Shown: positions 52,880-64,000 of the stretch, piece by piece | Position numbering within the stretch: the stretch's first letter is position 1 | Layout of the letters: each line of letters opens with the position of its first letter | From: Scyliorhinus canicula | Taxonomy: Eukaryota | Length of the DNA stretch: 64,000 nucleotides | Direction: 5' to 3' | Assembly (NCBI RefSeq): GCF_902713615.1 | Contig: NC_052157.1 | Location: 75,705,411 to 75,769,410, forward strand | Notes under the pieces: generated by a model | Told to the model about the DNA's origin: nothing | Databases searched by the model: none | What the model saw: the letters and a program-made list of their open reading frames with translations, nothing else | Made by a program: the position numbers and the translations under genes

Positions 52880-55140
52880 TGTAAGGAGAATTTGTTAGCC
52901 CAATTTTTGAGGAATTGAACAAACGAAAGTGATATCAAATGGGACAATTAGTTAGAATAATGCAGGGTATAGAGCTCGATGCAAAATGGGCTAATTAGTT
53001 AGAATAATGTAGAGGATAGAGCCGGTCTGATGGCAGTCAGTTACCAGGCAATGAAGAAAGGAATTGAGCGAAGCTTGGCCAAGGAGGGGGGAGGGGTGCC
53101 TCGTGCAGAGGATGGTGAAAAGAATGTTGCATAACAAGAGGCCCCAGGGTTGAGGAATGAGAAGTGAGCCAATCAGGATATATGGCCAGGTCAGGAGGTG
53201 TATAGGATGACCTATGGGAATCGTGTATGTGAAACTTGATGCCACTTGAATGATATGTACACAAGATCTCTTTGTCCTCGTTCTCACTCGGCTCTGGAAG
53301 TTTCAGGAGACTGTATGTGTCCTGCGTCTCTGTAGAGCGGGTCAGCCTTGCAAGTTGTTTAAAAACAAATAATATCATACCTACAGGTCGCTCTCGAGTT
53401 TTATTGAGACCAGATTAAAGGGTAAAGAACTTAATTTGTCATTTAGTGCCGAAACACGGGACGTCTCCAGACAATTACTGGCCAGCTGCGAAATCAGAAT
53501 TAGACTGATGTTGGACAAGGAAAGAGGAATGGGCCCACAATGTGAGTAGCTGGAAAGTGAACATGTTGATTTTCCACTTTGTCATGGTCTGATGAGTCTG
53601 ATCACTCGCGGTTGGTCCGGAAAGATTGTCTCGACGAAACCAAAGGTCAGTCTGGGGACTAGAAAATTAAAAAATTCAGTCGATGTAGGAACGATTGAGG
53701 GTTGAGGAAAACTGATAGGATAGCATAGTCATAGTTCAGTTAAGGGTTGATTAAGGAAACAAGGTAATATCGGAAAGATAGTTCAGTTCCACGTGTGTTT
53801 TGAAACTATAATTAATTAAGCTAAAATTGTATCCTTGGACTGTAGTGGGGAACAACGCAGTCTTGAGGACTAGTCCTAGATTATAGAGAATTGCTTGGAT
53901 AACACGAGTGATCCAAACAATTCATTGCAAATATTATGTGATACTTATCCAGATAAAGCCAGAGATCGTAGAAAAATGTAAGCTACCTTAAGGAAGAAAT
54001 TGGATGATAAATGGCCACTAGGGGGCACAAAAGATATGGAGGTCATTAAGAAAATTCACGCTGAAATATGGAAAAACAACCGAAGTACGAAAGACAAAGA
54101 GTTAATTGGATTATGACGACAATATTGGCAAGAGGAGAGGGATAAGTTCATGTTATCAAATTGGCAAGAAAATGCCCTTAAAATAGGGATTCCAATTAGT
54201 GAAGGGGGGAACCAGAAAACTCTGGAGATACTAAAAAAGGAGTGTGCATTCAAAGAGCGTGTAAGTAAAGAGAGGGAGATACCTAACAGAGCGGGCTCGA
54301 GTAAAAGAAACATGGACTATGTAGTTCACTGGCTGGCCTTGCATATACAGAGGTAGACGATGACCGAGAGAATTGGACCATGTCTGGTAGAGTCCCGACG
54401 GCACGAACTGCATTGCCTGCACTAATTCCAGAACAACCAGGGTATCATAATTTATATCGAGTCGTTGCTTCCCAGATTTAAATCATGCCAGCCTCTGGAG
54501 CCCCTTTAGATTCAGTCTCACAGGGTGCGGCAGTTATACTGCCCCCTATGGCCGTTCACATGTTAGCTGTTAGAGAAGGGGAGCTCCGTTTTCAAGCCCC
54601 GTTTGCTCCAGGACCCGATCTCGAACAATGGGAAAGGGGCCTGATCCTATCCAGAAACAATTACGCGTACTACCTAGATCCCTTAAGGCTAATATGATAG
54701 GACAGAAAATCCTGAGAAGACGGGGTGAGGACGGGAACGGTTCTGAGGAGCCGGAGCCCCCTCCCCCCCCCCCCCCCACTTATCGGAAGAGAAGGACTTC
54801 GAAGTCTTTGAATAGCCAGAGAAATCCGCTAAAGCGCCCCCTAGTGAGACTCTCAGACAGTTGCCGATTAGGAATATACCCAACCCTGATGCTGCTACAG
54901 CAGCAGCCCAGCTCACGATAGACGTTTATTTCCCATGGAGACCCAGTGAGATGATGGCTATTCTGGCTGCAATCCCAGACAGGAAGAAATCTCCTGCTGC
55001 TTTCGTGGACAATCTGCGAACCACCATCTCAGTTTATCAAGCTGATTCTAGGGACCTCTGGGCACTAGTCCAGCAGGTTTTAACCCCAGCAGAGTACCGC
55101 AGTCACCTCAACCACTTTAATTATGCTAGCCGCAGCCTCT
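52880..55140 (+). mobile_element. gag: Class I (gamma/epsilon-like) ERV 5' part: LTR 52880-53441, tRNA-Phe-like PBS 53444-53461, gag pseudogene
   Basis: TG...CA LTR with CCAAT. PBS TAGTGCCGAAACACGGGA resembles TGGTGCCGAAACCCGGGA. Matrix-like KWPLGGT, PPTY late-domain-like motif, capsid-like VYFPWRPSEM...DLWALVQQVLTPAE. Confidence 0.85.
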
Positions 55141-58100
55141 CTTGACCTTCATCCACATGCTTGGTCACCTCCTCAAATAAGTCAATATGACTTGTAAGGC
55201 AAGACCTATCCCTCACAAATCCGTGCTGACTATCCCTAATAAAGCAGTGCCTTTCCAGATGCTCAGAAATCCTATCCCTCAGTACCCTTTCCCTTACTTT
55301 GCTAACCACCGAAGTAAGACTAACTGGCCTGTTATTCCCAGGGTTATCCCTATTCCCTTTTTTGAACAGGGGCACGGCATTCGCCACTCTCAAATCCTCT
55401 GGTACCACCCCTGTTGACAGCGAGGACGAAAAGATCATTGCCAACGGCTCTGCAATTTCATTTCTTGCTTCCTATAGAATCCTTGGACATATCCCGTCAG
55501 GCGCGGGGGACTTGTCTATCCTCAAGTTTTTCAAAACGCGCAACACATCTTCCTTCCTGACAAGTATCTCCTCGAGCTTATCAGTCTGTTCACACTGTCC
55601 TCTCCAACAATATGGCCCCTCTCGTTTGTAAATACTGAAGGAAAGTACTTGTTCAAGACCTCTCCTATCTCTTCATACTCAATACACAATCTCCCGCTAC
55701 TGTCCTTGATCGGATCTACCCTCGCTCTAGTCATTCTCATATTTCTCACATATGTGTAAAAGGCCTTGGGGTTTTCCTTGATCCTACCTGCCAAAGATTT
55801 TTCATGTCCTCTCTTAGCTCTCTTTATCCCTTTCTTCAGTTCCCAACTGGCTATCTTGCATCCCTCAGCGCCCTGTCTGAACCTTGTTTCTTCAGCCTTA
55901 CAATGTATGTTTATGCATATGTATATGACCTGCTGCTCAATATTTGTAGTTTCAAGATTCTCCTCCACATTCTCATGCCCAGGAACTGCAGGACCTTTTG
56001 GCACTGCAGCTGGCATTGAGTTTGACGTAGAATCGCCATCCATGACGTTAATAGGCAAATCGTCTCTGGTTTTAAGAGTGCATGGCGATTTATTCTTAAA
56101 ATCAACTCTGCTCCTGTCTCTGCATTGTCGAATCGAGGGCTACGTCTTCAAGTACGATGACTTTTCTCAACCAATTGCGTGAATCTTCTATTCTCGCAAT
56201 GTAATCACTGCGCCGACCTGGGATAGTTATCTACACTCTATCATAGAGCTTCTTGCGTTTTGCTTTAATGTTTTGCATTGCCTGCAGTCCCCCTGCATTA
56301 TTCTCTTTCTTTGTTTATGTGCTGTAAAAATATTTGATGTGTCCAAAAACGAATGTGTCATCCACAGTGCTGTTAGATCTGCTGTTGAGCTTTCAGTAAC
56401 ATTTCTGAGGAAAGTGATATTTTTTTCCTTTGCATTTGGAGCAAAACTTGCCAAACGCTGGGCACTGCATTAATTTGAGCTTTTGACCACATGCCTTACA
56501 CAGAAAGACTTTCTCCTGAATGTTAACTTGTTTATTGGTGCGCGAGGAGCTGGATAAATTTTTCCACTTTCTTTTTAAGTTTCCTGCCTTGATGAAAAAA
56601 GGGCGGTAACCTGAGTGCTTTCGTCCAAGAAGATGCCGCCATTACTGAGGAAAATTTTTGAATGATGTGCTGCAAGCTTGTGAGCCTAAAATTCTTTAGG
56701 CTCACGAGTTGGACAAATTATTTTAAATAGTAGAGTTTGTTCAAAGCACAGCTCCGATTCTCGCAGAAAAAGTTACCTCTTTCATTCAATCCAAACACAA
56801 TTTCGTCCCGAATCATGGAAATCTCCACCACAGAATAATTACAGCTTTTAGCTTTTAACTTTAAATTAGTGATTAAATTCTCCCCGCGTTCGCTTGTGTT
56901 TCGCACCCACAACACAATGATGTGCTGGCTTGGTGGATTGACAACGCTAAATTGTCCCTTAATTGTACAAAATGAATTGGGTACTCTTAATTTATAAAAA
57001 AACAAAAAAAAACACAAAAAAGAATTAGTGATGAAATAATCTATGGACACTTCTGTCTTCGGTACTCATAACCTGAACACATGCCTTTCGTAAATGACAT
57101 TCTCTCTGGGAGTTCAATGTTCATTAAATCTTCTCAGTACTTAGTTAATGTGTTTACTATCTTCCTCGTTTGGACATTTCAACGTATTAAGCACAGAAAT
57201 TCAGAGGGGCTCTGCCACTGTCAGGAATATCGCTACCTTACATGAATCATATTGATCTCCTAAATTTAGTGTAGTAAAAAAAAGATTAAACTTTTCTTTA
57301 AACATACGCCAATTGCTGTCCATTTCACCATGCAATCTGAGACTCATTGGCGACTTCAGAGACTCCAAGTAGTTTATTTTTGCTGTCAGCAAAATGTTCA
57401 AATATCTGTGGACCTCGTTACTATTAACCAATTTTGCTGGTAGGGATAGCTGGTTTTCAAACATTCGTTCCAGATTGGCTTCAGCAGTCACAGGTTGTGG
57501 AATTTTCTGCTCGTTGAAGAGACGGGAGTGGTCACTCTCAGTCTTGCTTTTTGACTTGCAGAGTTTTTCATTGAAGAGCCTTCACTCGATGATGTGATAG
57601 ATTTCTCTCAGTGCTTAATAACATCCATTCCTGTTACCATGTAATGCTCTTGTCTGATCGCCTGATTTATATCAGAAATACATTTGTCACAAAAACTACA
57701 AACGATTAATTAACATCAACTGTAGGTACAATATATGTGAAGATCAGATGGATAACAGTTTGAACATTCACAAGCAACATCTGTCCTAGCTCTCTAGTCT
57801 GCTGGAGTCACCTGAGCCAAACATTCACTTACGTACCAATGAGACTCCTAGTGGTCAGTAAGTGAAATACGAGACAACAACGAGATCACTGCAGGGTCTC
57901 TGTTCTAAATAATCGATGTAATGAGTTAACGCCCTGTTTGGACTCATACACGAATATGTTAATGTAGTAATACACACAATCGTTCTCATTTATACATAAG
58001 TCCTTGTGTCTTCACAGCACTGAATGTAAAAGGCGAAATTCTTACCCCGTTCTAGTTTCTCCAACTGTTCATCTGTGATGAAACGCGGGCAAAAGTTTTG

Positions 58101-61100
58101 ATTTACGAGCTGCAGATTTTGGAACCATGCAAAGCTATATCTAAAGATACATAAATGATCTTTATTTTTCCTCATAACTGGAAGAGGGTAGAGGTACAAC
58201 GAGGGAGATCAAAGGAGTCAGTAAGCCAAGGATATGCGATGTTGGCATGGGTTAAAATTCTAGAATTCCAGCTGGAGGGTGTTGAATTTAAAAAATGCGA
58301 ATTTTGAATGGAACTGTAGTCAGAATAAAGGTGAGCATAATGAGTTAATGGTTTCTTACAAAACAAAACCTCATCTTTCAGCCAATATCCTTTGAGAAAG
58401 GAAGGTTGCTATCCGGACAGAGTATGGTACACATGGAACTCCATTAAACGACAATATGGTTGAATCATAACTGCTCCCCGAAAAGACTTAACAGCTATTC
58501 AGTGTCAAGGCAATGAATAGCTTTCTGGTGATAGTTTACATCACCTTTGTTATTTGAAATTAAAACCCGCAGTTGGTGTCCCAGTGGTTGAACGTATGTT
58601 TCCAGGCTTCAAATCCAGAGCTCCTAATTAACAGAACCACTCTTATATATCGTATTTTAGTTACACGCAACAAAATATGTTGCTGTATGTTTTCGTCATC
58701 TAATCCTGCAATCATATTTCATGTTCTTTCCACTTCCCCTGTACTTCACCAACTTAAATTTCAATGCCTTTGTGACATACTCTGCAGTAATATTTTTCAT
58801 GAAATTTCAAGCTTTTTGCGTATTCTGTGAAAAAAATGTTTCCTTTATTCCCGTGTGGTATTGGTCTAACGTTTCACTGACTCAGTCGTTTCTTGCGAAA
58901 ACGAACATTCGAAATAAAAGCGAAAATGTCACTCATTTTCTATCCATCAACTTATATTTCCCTCATTGATCTGTCCCCCCCCCCCCCCCCCACCCCGCCA
59001 ATCTATGCTCCTCGAATCGGTTCGCCACATTTTGGCCATCTGTTTCCTGTTGCTGGTTGTCCTTGAACACACTGTTCACTTTGGTTCTGCCATTCACGCA
59101 TTCTAATCTCTTCATGTGCCACGGTCAACACCCTTCTTAGCCTGATTAACCTCAATTTACATTCCTTTTGTCTTTCTCCCCACATCTTTGACTATCCCCA
59201 CCTACCGCTGACCCCATATACTGCCTCATCTGTGCGCGCCAGCCATACCCACCCCGCAACATGAGGATAAATATGACCTTTTTTCCACTTCCTCGTTGCT
59301 TTTACAAAGTGTCATCGATACTCGAAACGTTATCACCCTTCAGTCTCCACAAGTGCTGTCAGACATGTTGTGATTGTGCAGTATTTTGTTTGGTTTCTGA
59401 CTCCAGCATCCGAAGTAACTTACTTTTATTCTAAATAGACGTGTGATTGAAGTATTCCGCGCTGTTCTTGATCACTCAACACTAAAACGATTCAATTATT
59501 CCTTTTTTCCAAGTGTGCACCGATGGGTCGCCCGAATGGTTGTATACTGCGGATCTGTTCAGGCAACGTATCCAGAGAATATGTAACAAATTCACAGGCA
59601 TACCTTGTTTTTCTTCTAACACCATTTCAATCGGTATCTTTCCAATTGGAGACCACTAATATTCCCATGATCTTGTTCTTACAGTTTTATGTAATTTCCA
59701 GCAGACCTGTTCCTCTGCATGAAGCACTCATTGTCGGAAGTGGGTTGAATAAGGTCAGTGGCGTTGCCGTTTTCTCGTTGACTTAGAAGCAAATACTCTG
59801 CGTACTTGTTCTACAAATAAAGACTTTCCTCTAACACGAGATAATTTTTGCGTCCTTCTCCAGTTCGGATTAGCATTTTTATCAAGGTATGTCTCCACAA
59901 TACGCTATTTTGTTTTTGCCACTCCACTAATATTCTTCTACGCTCACCAGCATCACTCCCACCAACCAAAAGGGATTTGCATACCTAATCTGCCAAGACT
60001 CCTGAAAAAGATGATTTAAATATCACAGTCCCTGTATTTTTTTCTCAGGCATTATTGACATCCCTCATACAATCTTCAGTGTGACTGATAACTTGGATTC
60101 TTAACAATAATTTTTCTGAAGCGCACGCGCCAACAATAACATTTTAACTTCAATTCTAATGCGCACTGACCAGTGTCAGTCTCCCCACAGCTGTTCCGGC
60201 TGTAAGGAGAATTTGTTAGCCCAATTTTTGAGGAATTGAACAAACGAAAGTGATATCAAATGGGATAATTAGTTAGAATAATGCAGGGTATAGAGCTCGA
60301 TGCAAAATGGGCTAATTAGTTAGAATAATGTAGAGGATAGAGCCGGTCTGATGGCAGTCAGTTACCAGGCAATGAAGAAAGGAATTGAGCGAAGCTTGGC
60401 CAAGGAGGGGGGAGGGGTGCCTCGTGCAGAGGATGGTGAAGAGAATGTTGCGTAACAAGAGGCCCCAGGGTTGAGGAATGAGAAGTGAGCCAATCAGGAT
60501 ATATGGCCAGGTCAGGAGGTGTATAGGATGACCAATGGAAATCGTGTATGTGAAACTTGATGCCACTTGAATGATATGTACAGAAGATCTCTTTGTCCTC
60601 GTTCTCACTCGGCTCTGGAAGTTTCAGGAGACTGTATGGGTCCTGCGTCTCTGTAGAGCGGTTCAGCCTTGCAAGTTGTTTAAAAATAAATAATATCATA
60701 CCTACAGGTCGCTCTCGAGTTTTATTGAGACCAGATTAAAGGGTAAAGAACTTAATTTGTCATTTAGTGCCGAAACACGGGACGTCTCCAGACAATTACT
60801 GGCCAGCTGCGAAATCAGAATTAGACTGATGTTCGACAAGGAAAGAGGAATGGGCCCACAATGTGAGTAGCTGGAAAGTGAACATGTTGATTTTCCACTT
60901 TGTCATGGTCTGATGAGTCTGATCACTCGCGGTTGGTCCGGAAAGATTGTCTCGACGAAACCAAAGGTCAGTCTGGGGACTATAAAATTAAAAAATTCAG
61001 TCGATGTAGGAACGATTGAGGGTTGAGGAAAACTGATGGGATATAATAGTCATAGTTCAGTTAAGGGTTCATTAAGGAAACGAGGTACTATCGGAAAGAT

Positions 61101-62460
61101 AGTTCAGTTCCACGTGTGTTTTGGAAACTATAATTAATTAAGCTAAAATTGTATCCTTGGGCTGTAGTGGGGAACAACGCAGTCATGAGGACTAGTCCTA
61201 GATTATAGAGAATTGCTTGGATAACACGAGTGATCCAAACAATTCATTGCAAATATTATGTGATACTTATCCAGATAAAGCCAGAGATCGTAGAAAAATG
61301 TAAGCTACCTTAAGGAAGAAATTGGATGATGAATGGCCACTAGGGGGCACAAAAGATCTGGAGGTCATTAAGAAAATTCACGCTGAAATATGGAAAAACA
61401 ACCGAAGTACGAAAGACAAAGAGTTAATTGGATTATGACGACAATATTGGCAAGAGGAGAGGGATAAGTTCATGTTATCAAGTTGGCAAGAAAATGCCCT
61501 TAAAATAGGGATTGCAATTAGTGAAGGGGGGGAACCAGAAAACTCTGGAGATACTAAAAAAGGAGTGTGCATTCAAAGAGCGTGTAAGTAAAGAGAGGGA
61601 GATACCTAACAGAGCGGGCTCGAGTAAAAGAAACATGGACTATGTAGTTCACTGGCTGGCCTTGCATATACAGAGGTAGACGATGACCGAGAGAATTGGA
61701 CCATGTCTGGTAGAGTCCCGACGGCACGAACTGCATTGCCTGCACTAATTCCAGAACAACCAGGGTATCATAATTTATATCGAGTCGTTGCTTCCCAGAT
61801 TTAAATCATGCCAGCCTCTGGAGCCCCTTTAGATTCAGTCTCACAGGTTGCGGCAGTTATACTGCCCCCTATGGCCGGTCACATGTTAGCTGTTAGAGAA
61901 GGGGAGCTCCGTTTTCAAGCCCCGTTTGCTCCAGGACCCGATCTCGAACAATGGGAAAGGGGCCTGATCCTATCCAGAAACAATTACGCGTACTACCTAG
62001 ATCCCTTAAGGCTAATATGATAGGACAGAAAAACCTGAGAAGACGGGGTGAGGACGGGAACGGTTCTGAGGAGCCGGAGCCCCCTCCCCCCCCCCCCACT
62101 TATCGGAAGAGAAGGACTTCGAAGTCTTTGAATAGCCAGAGAAATCCGCTAAAGCACCCCCTAGTGAGACTCTCAGACAGTTGCCGATTAGGAATATACC
62201 CAACCCTGATGCTGCTACAGCAGCAGCCCAGCTCACGATAGACGTTTATTTCCCATGGAGACCCAGTGAGATGATGGCTATTCTGGCTGCAATCCCAGAC
62301 AGGAAGAAATCTCCTGCTGCTTTCGTGGACAATCTGCGAACCACCATCTCAGTTTATCAAGCTGATTCTAGGGACCTCTGGGCACTAGTCCAGCAGGTTT
62401 TAACCCCAGCAGAGTACCGCAGTCACCTCAACCACTTTAATTATGCTAGCCGCAGCCTCT
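55141..62460 (+). repeat. Tandem segmental duplication, copy B (CR1 piece ~55141-55880, Gypsy relic ~55890-57950, ERV from 60201)
   Basis: Near-identical to 47702-55140 but lacking the 120-bp insert. Confidence 0.95.
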
Positions 62461-62997
62461 CTTTATGGCCCGCCGTGTGTACCAACATTAAATTGGAGAA
62501 GTTGATATTTGCCCTGAGGGGATCAGTGCAAGCGTTCTTTAGGCGGTGGCAGCCTTTCCTGGACTTCCTGGCGGAATGGTAGGGAAATAGGCCGGCAGCA
62601 GCATCAACCCGGAGGGGTGGGGAGGGAGGGGGGTGGGGGGGGGGGTTTGGATCGGGGGGAGGGAGAACTGTGTACATGGGTTTGAGGGATGTGCGGCCAT
62701 TGGTCTACTGGGAAAAGAGCATGGGGCAGATATAGAGGGAGCAATGCATGTTTTAATTGTTGTCGGACGGCTCACTGGCATCAGAAATGCCGATTTAGAA
62801 GACAGGAAGCAGGAGGAGACTACCCGACCCAAATGAGGGAGTACCACCGAGGGGAGGACAGTCGAGGTACACAGACTTTTCCCAGACAAACCCTTTCCCA
62901 ACACGAGATTGACTAGCTAATTTAGCCATAAGGACTCTCCAATGGTTCAGGGAACCTATTATCTCTCTGTAGATAGGAGGTCAACATCGCCCATTTG
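60201..62997 (+). mobile_element. gag: Class I ERV: LTR 60201-60762, PBS 60765-60782, gag with internal deletion, NC zinc knuckle, TAG, start of protease
   Basis: Same as copy A, plus CFNCCRTAHWHQKC (CX2CX4HX4C) in 62689..62916. Gag ends GAC-TAG, followed by decayed REPIISL*IGGQHRPF (protease N-terminus). Confidence 0.85.
62486..62696 (+). mobile_element. L1-type fragment inside ERV gag
   Basis: Reverse complement of ~63172-63379. Confidence 0.8.
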
Positions 62998-64000
62998 TTT
63001 TTTTTAATAATTTTTATTGAAATATTTACAAAATATAAACAAATCAACTCTATTAAGAAAACAACCGCGGTAACACGCCAAGAAGAATTCCCACCCAACT
63101 TCAAAAGCAACTACAAACAAAATAAAAAAAAACAAAAGAACACCCAACAACAAAAGGGAAAGAGATAACACCCGCCACATCCCTCAAACCCATGTACACA
63201 GTTATCCCTCCCCCCGATCCAAACCCCCCCCACCCCCCTCCCTCCCCACCCCTCCGGGTTGATGCTGATGCCGGCCTATTTCCCTACCATTCCGCCAGGA
63301 AGTCCAGGAAAGGCTGCCACCGCCTAAAGAACCTTGTCCTGATCCCCTCAGGGCAAATATCAACTTCTCCAATTTAATGAACCCCGCCATATCATTGATC
63401 CAGGCCTCCACACTTGGGGGCCTCGCATCCTTCCATTGGAGCAAGATCCTCCGCCGGGCTACTAGGGACGCAAAGGCCATAACACCTCTTCCGCCTCTTC
63501 CGCCTCCTGCACTCCCGGCTCCAGAGCAACCCCAGAAATTGCGAGTCCCCAGCCTGGCTTGACCCTGGATCCCACCACTCTCGACACCATCCGTGCTACC
63601 CCCTTCCAAAACTCCCCCAACGCTGGGCACGCCCAAAACATATGGGCGTGTTTCGCTGGGCTCCCCGAGAACCTAGCACACCAGTCCTCGCCCCCGAAAA
63701 AACTACTCATCCTCGTCCCAGTCCTGTGGGCCCTATGCAGCACCTTGAACTGTATGAGGCTCAGACTCGCACAGGAAGAGGAGGAATTCACTCTCTCCAG
63801 TGCATTCGCCTACGTCCCCTCCTCAATCTCCTCACCCAGCTCCTCTTCCCATTTACCCGTGAGTTCCTCCACCAAGGCCTCATCTACCTCCTGCATCACC
63901 CGGTATATGTCCGAAATCCTCCCTCACCCAACCCACACCCCCGAGAGCAAACAATCCCGCACCCCTCGTGGGGGCAGCAAGGGGAACCCCTCCACCTGCT
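62998..64000 (-). mobile_element. L1-clade LINE 3' end (ORF2 cysteine-rich C-terminus, 3' UTR, poly-A)
   Basis: LIQFKVLHR...C..F.GSPAKHAHMFWACPALGEFW and ARRRILLQWK. AATAAA and A-tail on the minus strand at ~62998-63018. Confidence 0.9.

Larger units (their letters stand above)
47702..55140 (+). repeat. Tandem segmental duplication, copy A (~7.4 kb)
   Basis: ORF track repeats almost verbatim at 55141-62460. Confidence 0.95.

Overview
Eukaryotic, repeat-dense vertebrate DNA. The CR1 LINEs, tRNA-derived SINEs with CR1-type tails, Rex1/Babar, L1, Gypsy and ERV relics point to a cartilaginous fish, probably a shark (inference). No intact host gene is recognisable; there are only weak candidate exons. 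The standout is a very young, structurally complete 5,181-bp LTR element on the minus strand (26041-31221). It has two 866-bp LTRs that look identical by eye, TG...CA ends, a 4-bp GAAG target-site duplication, a tRNA-Lys-type PBS and a 7-copy palindromic repeat array in the leader. Its single long ORF encodes a degenerate RNase H-like domain split by an acidic insert and fused to an intact retroviral (class III/spuma-related-like) HHCC + D,D(35)E integrase. It has no recognisable gag capsid, protease, reverse transcriptase or env, so it is a candidate helper-dependent retroelement that keeps its own integrase. The right third of the window holds a ~7.4-kb head-to-tail duplication (47702-55140 / 55141-62460) with CTTTA microhomology, containing CR1, Gypsy and class I ERV pieces. 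A 120-bp insertion distinguishes the two copies. Boundaries of the old repeats are approximate and were set by eye.
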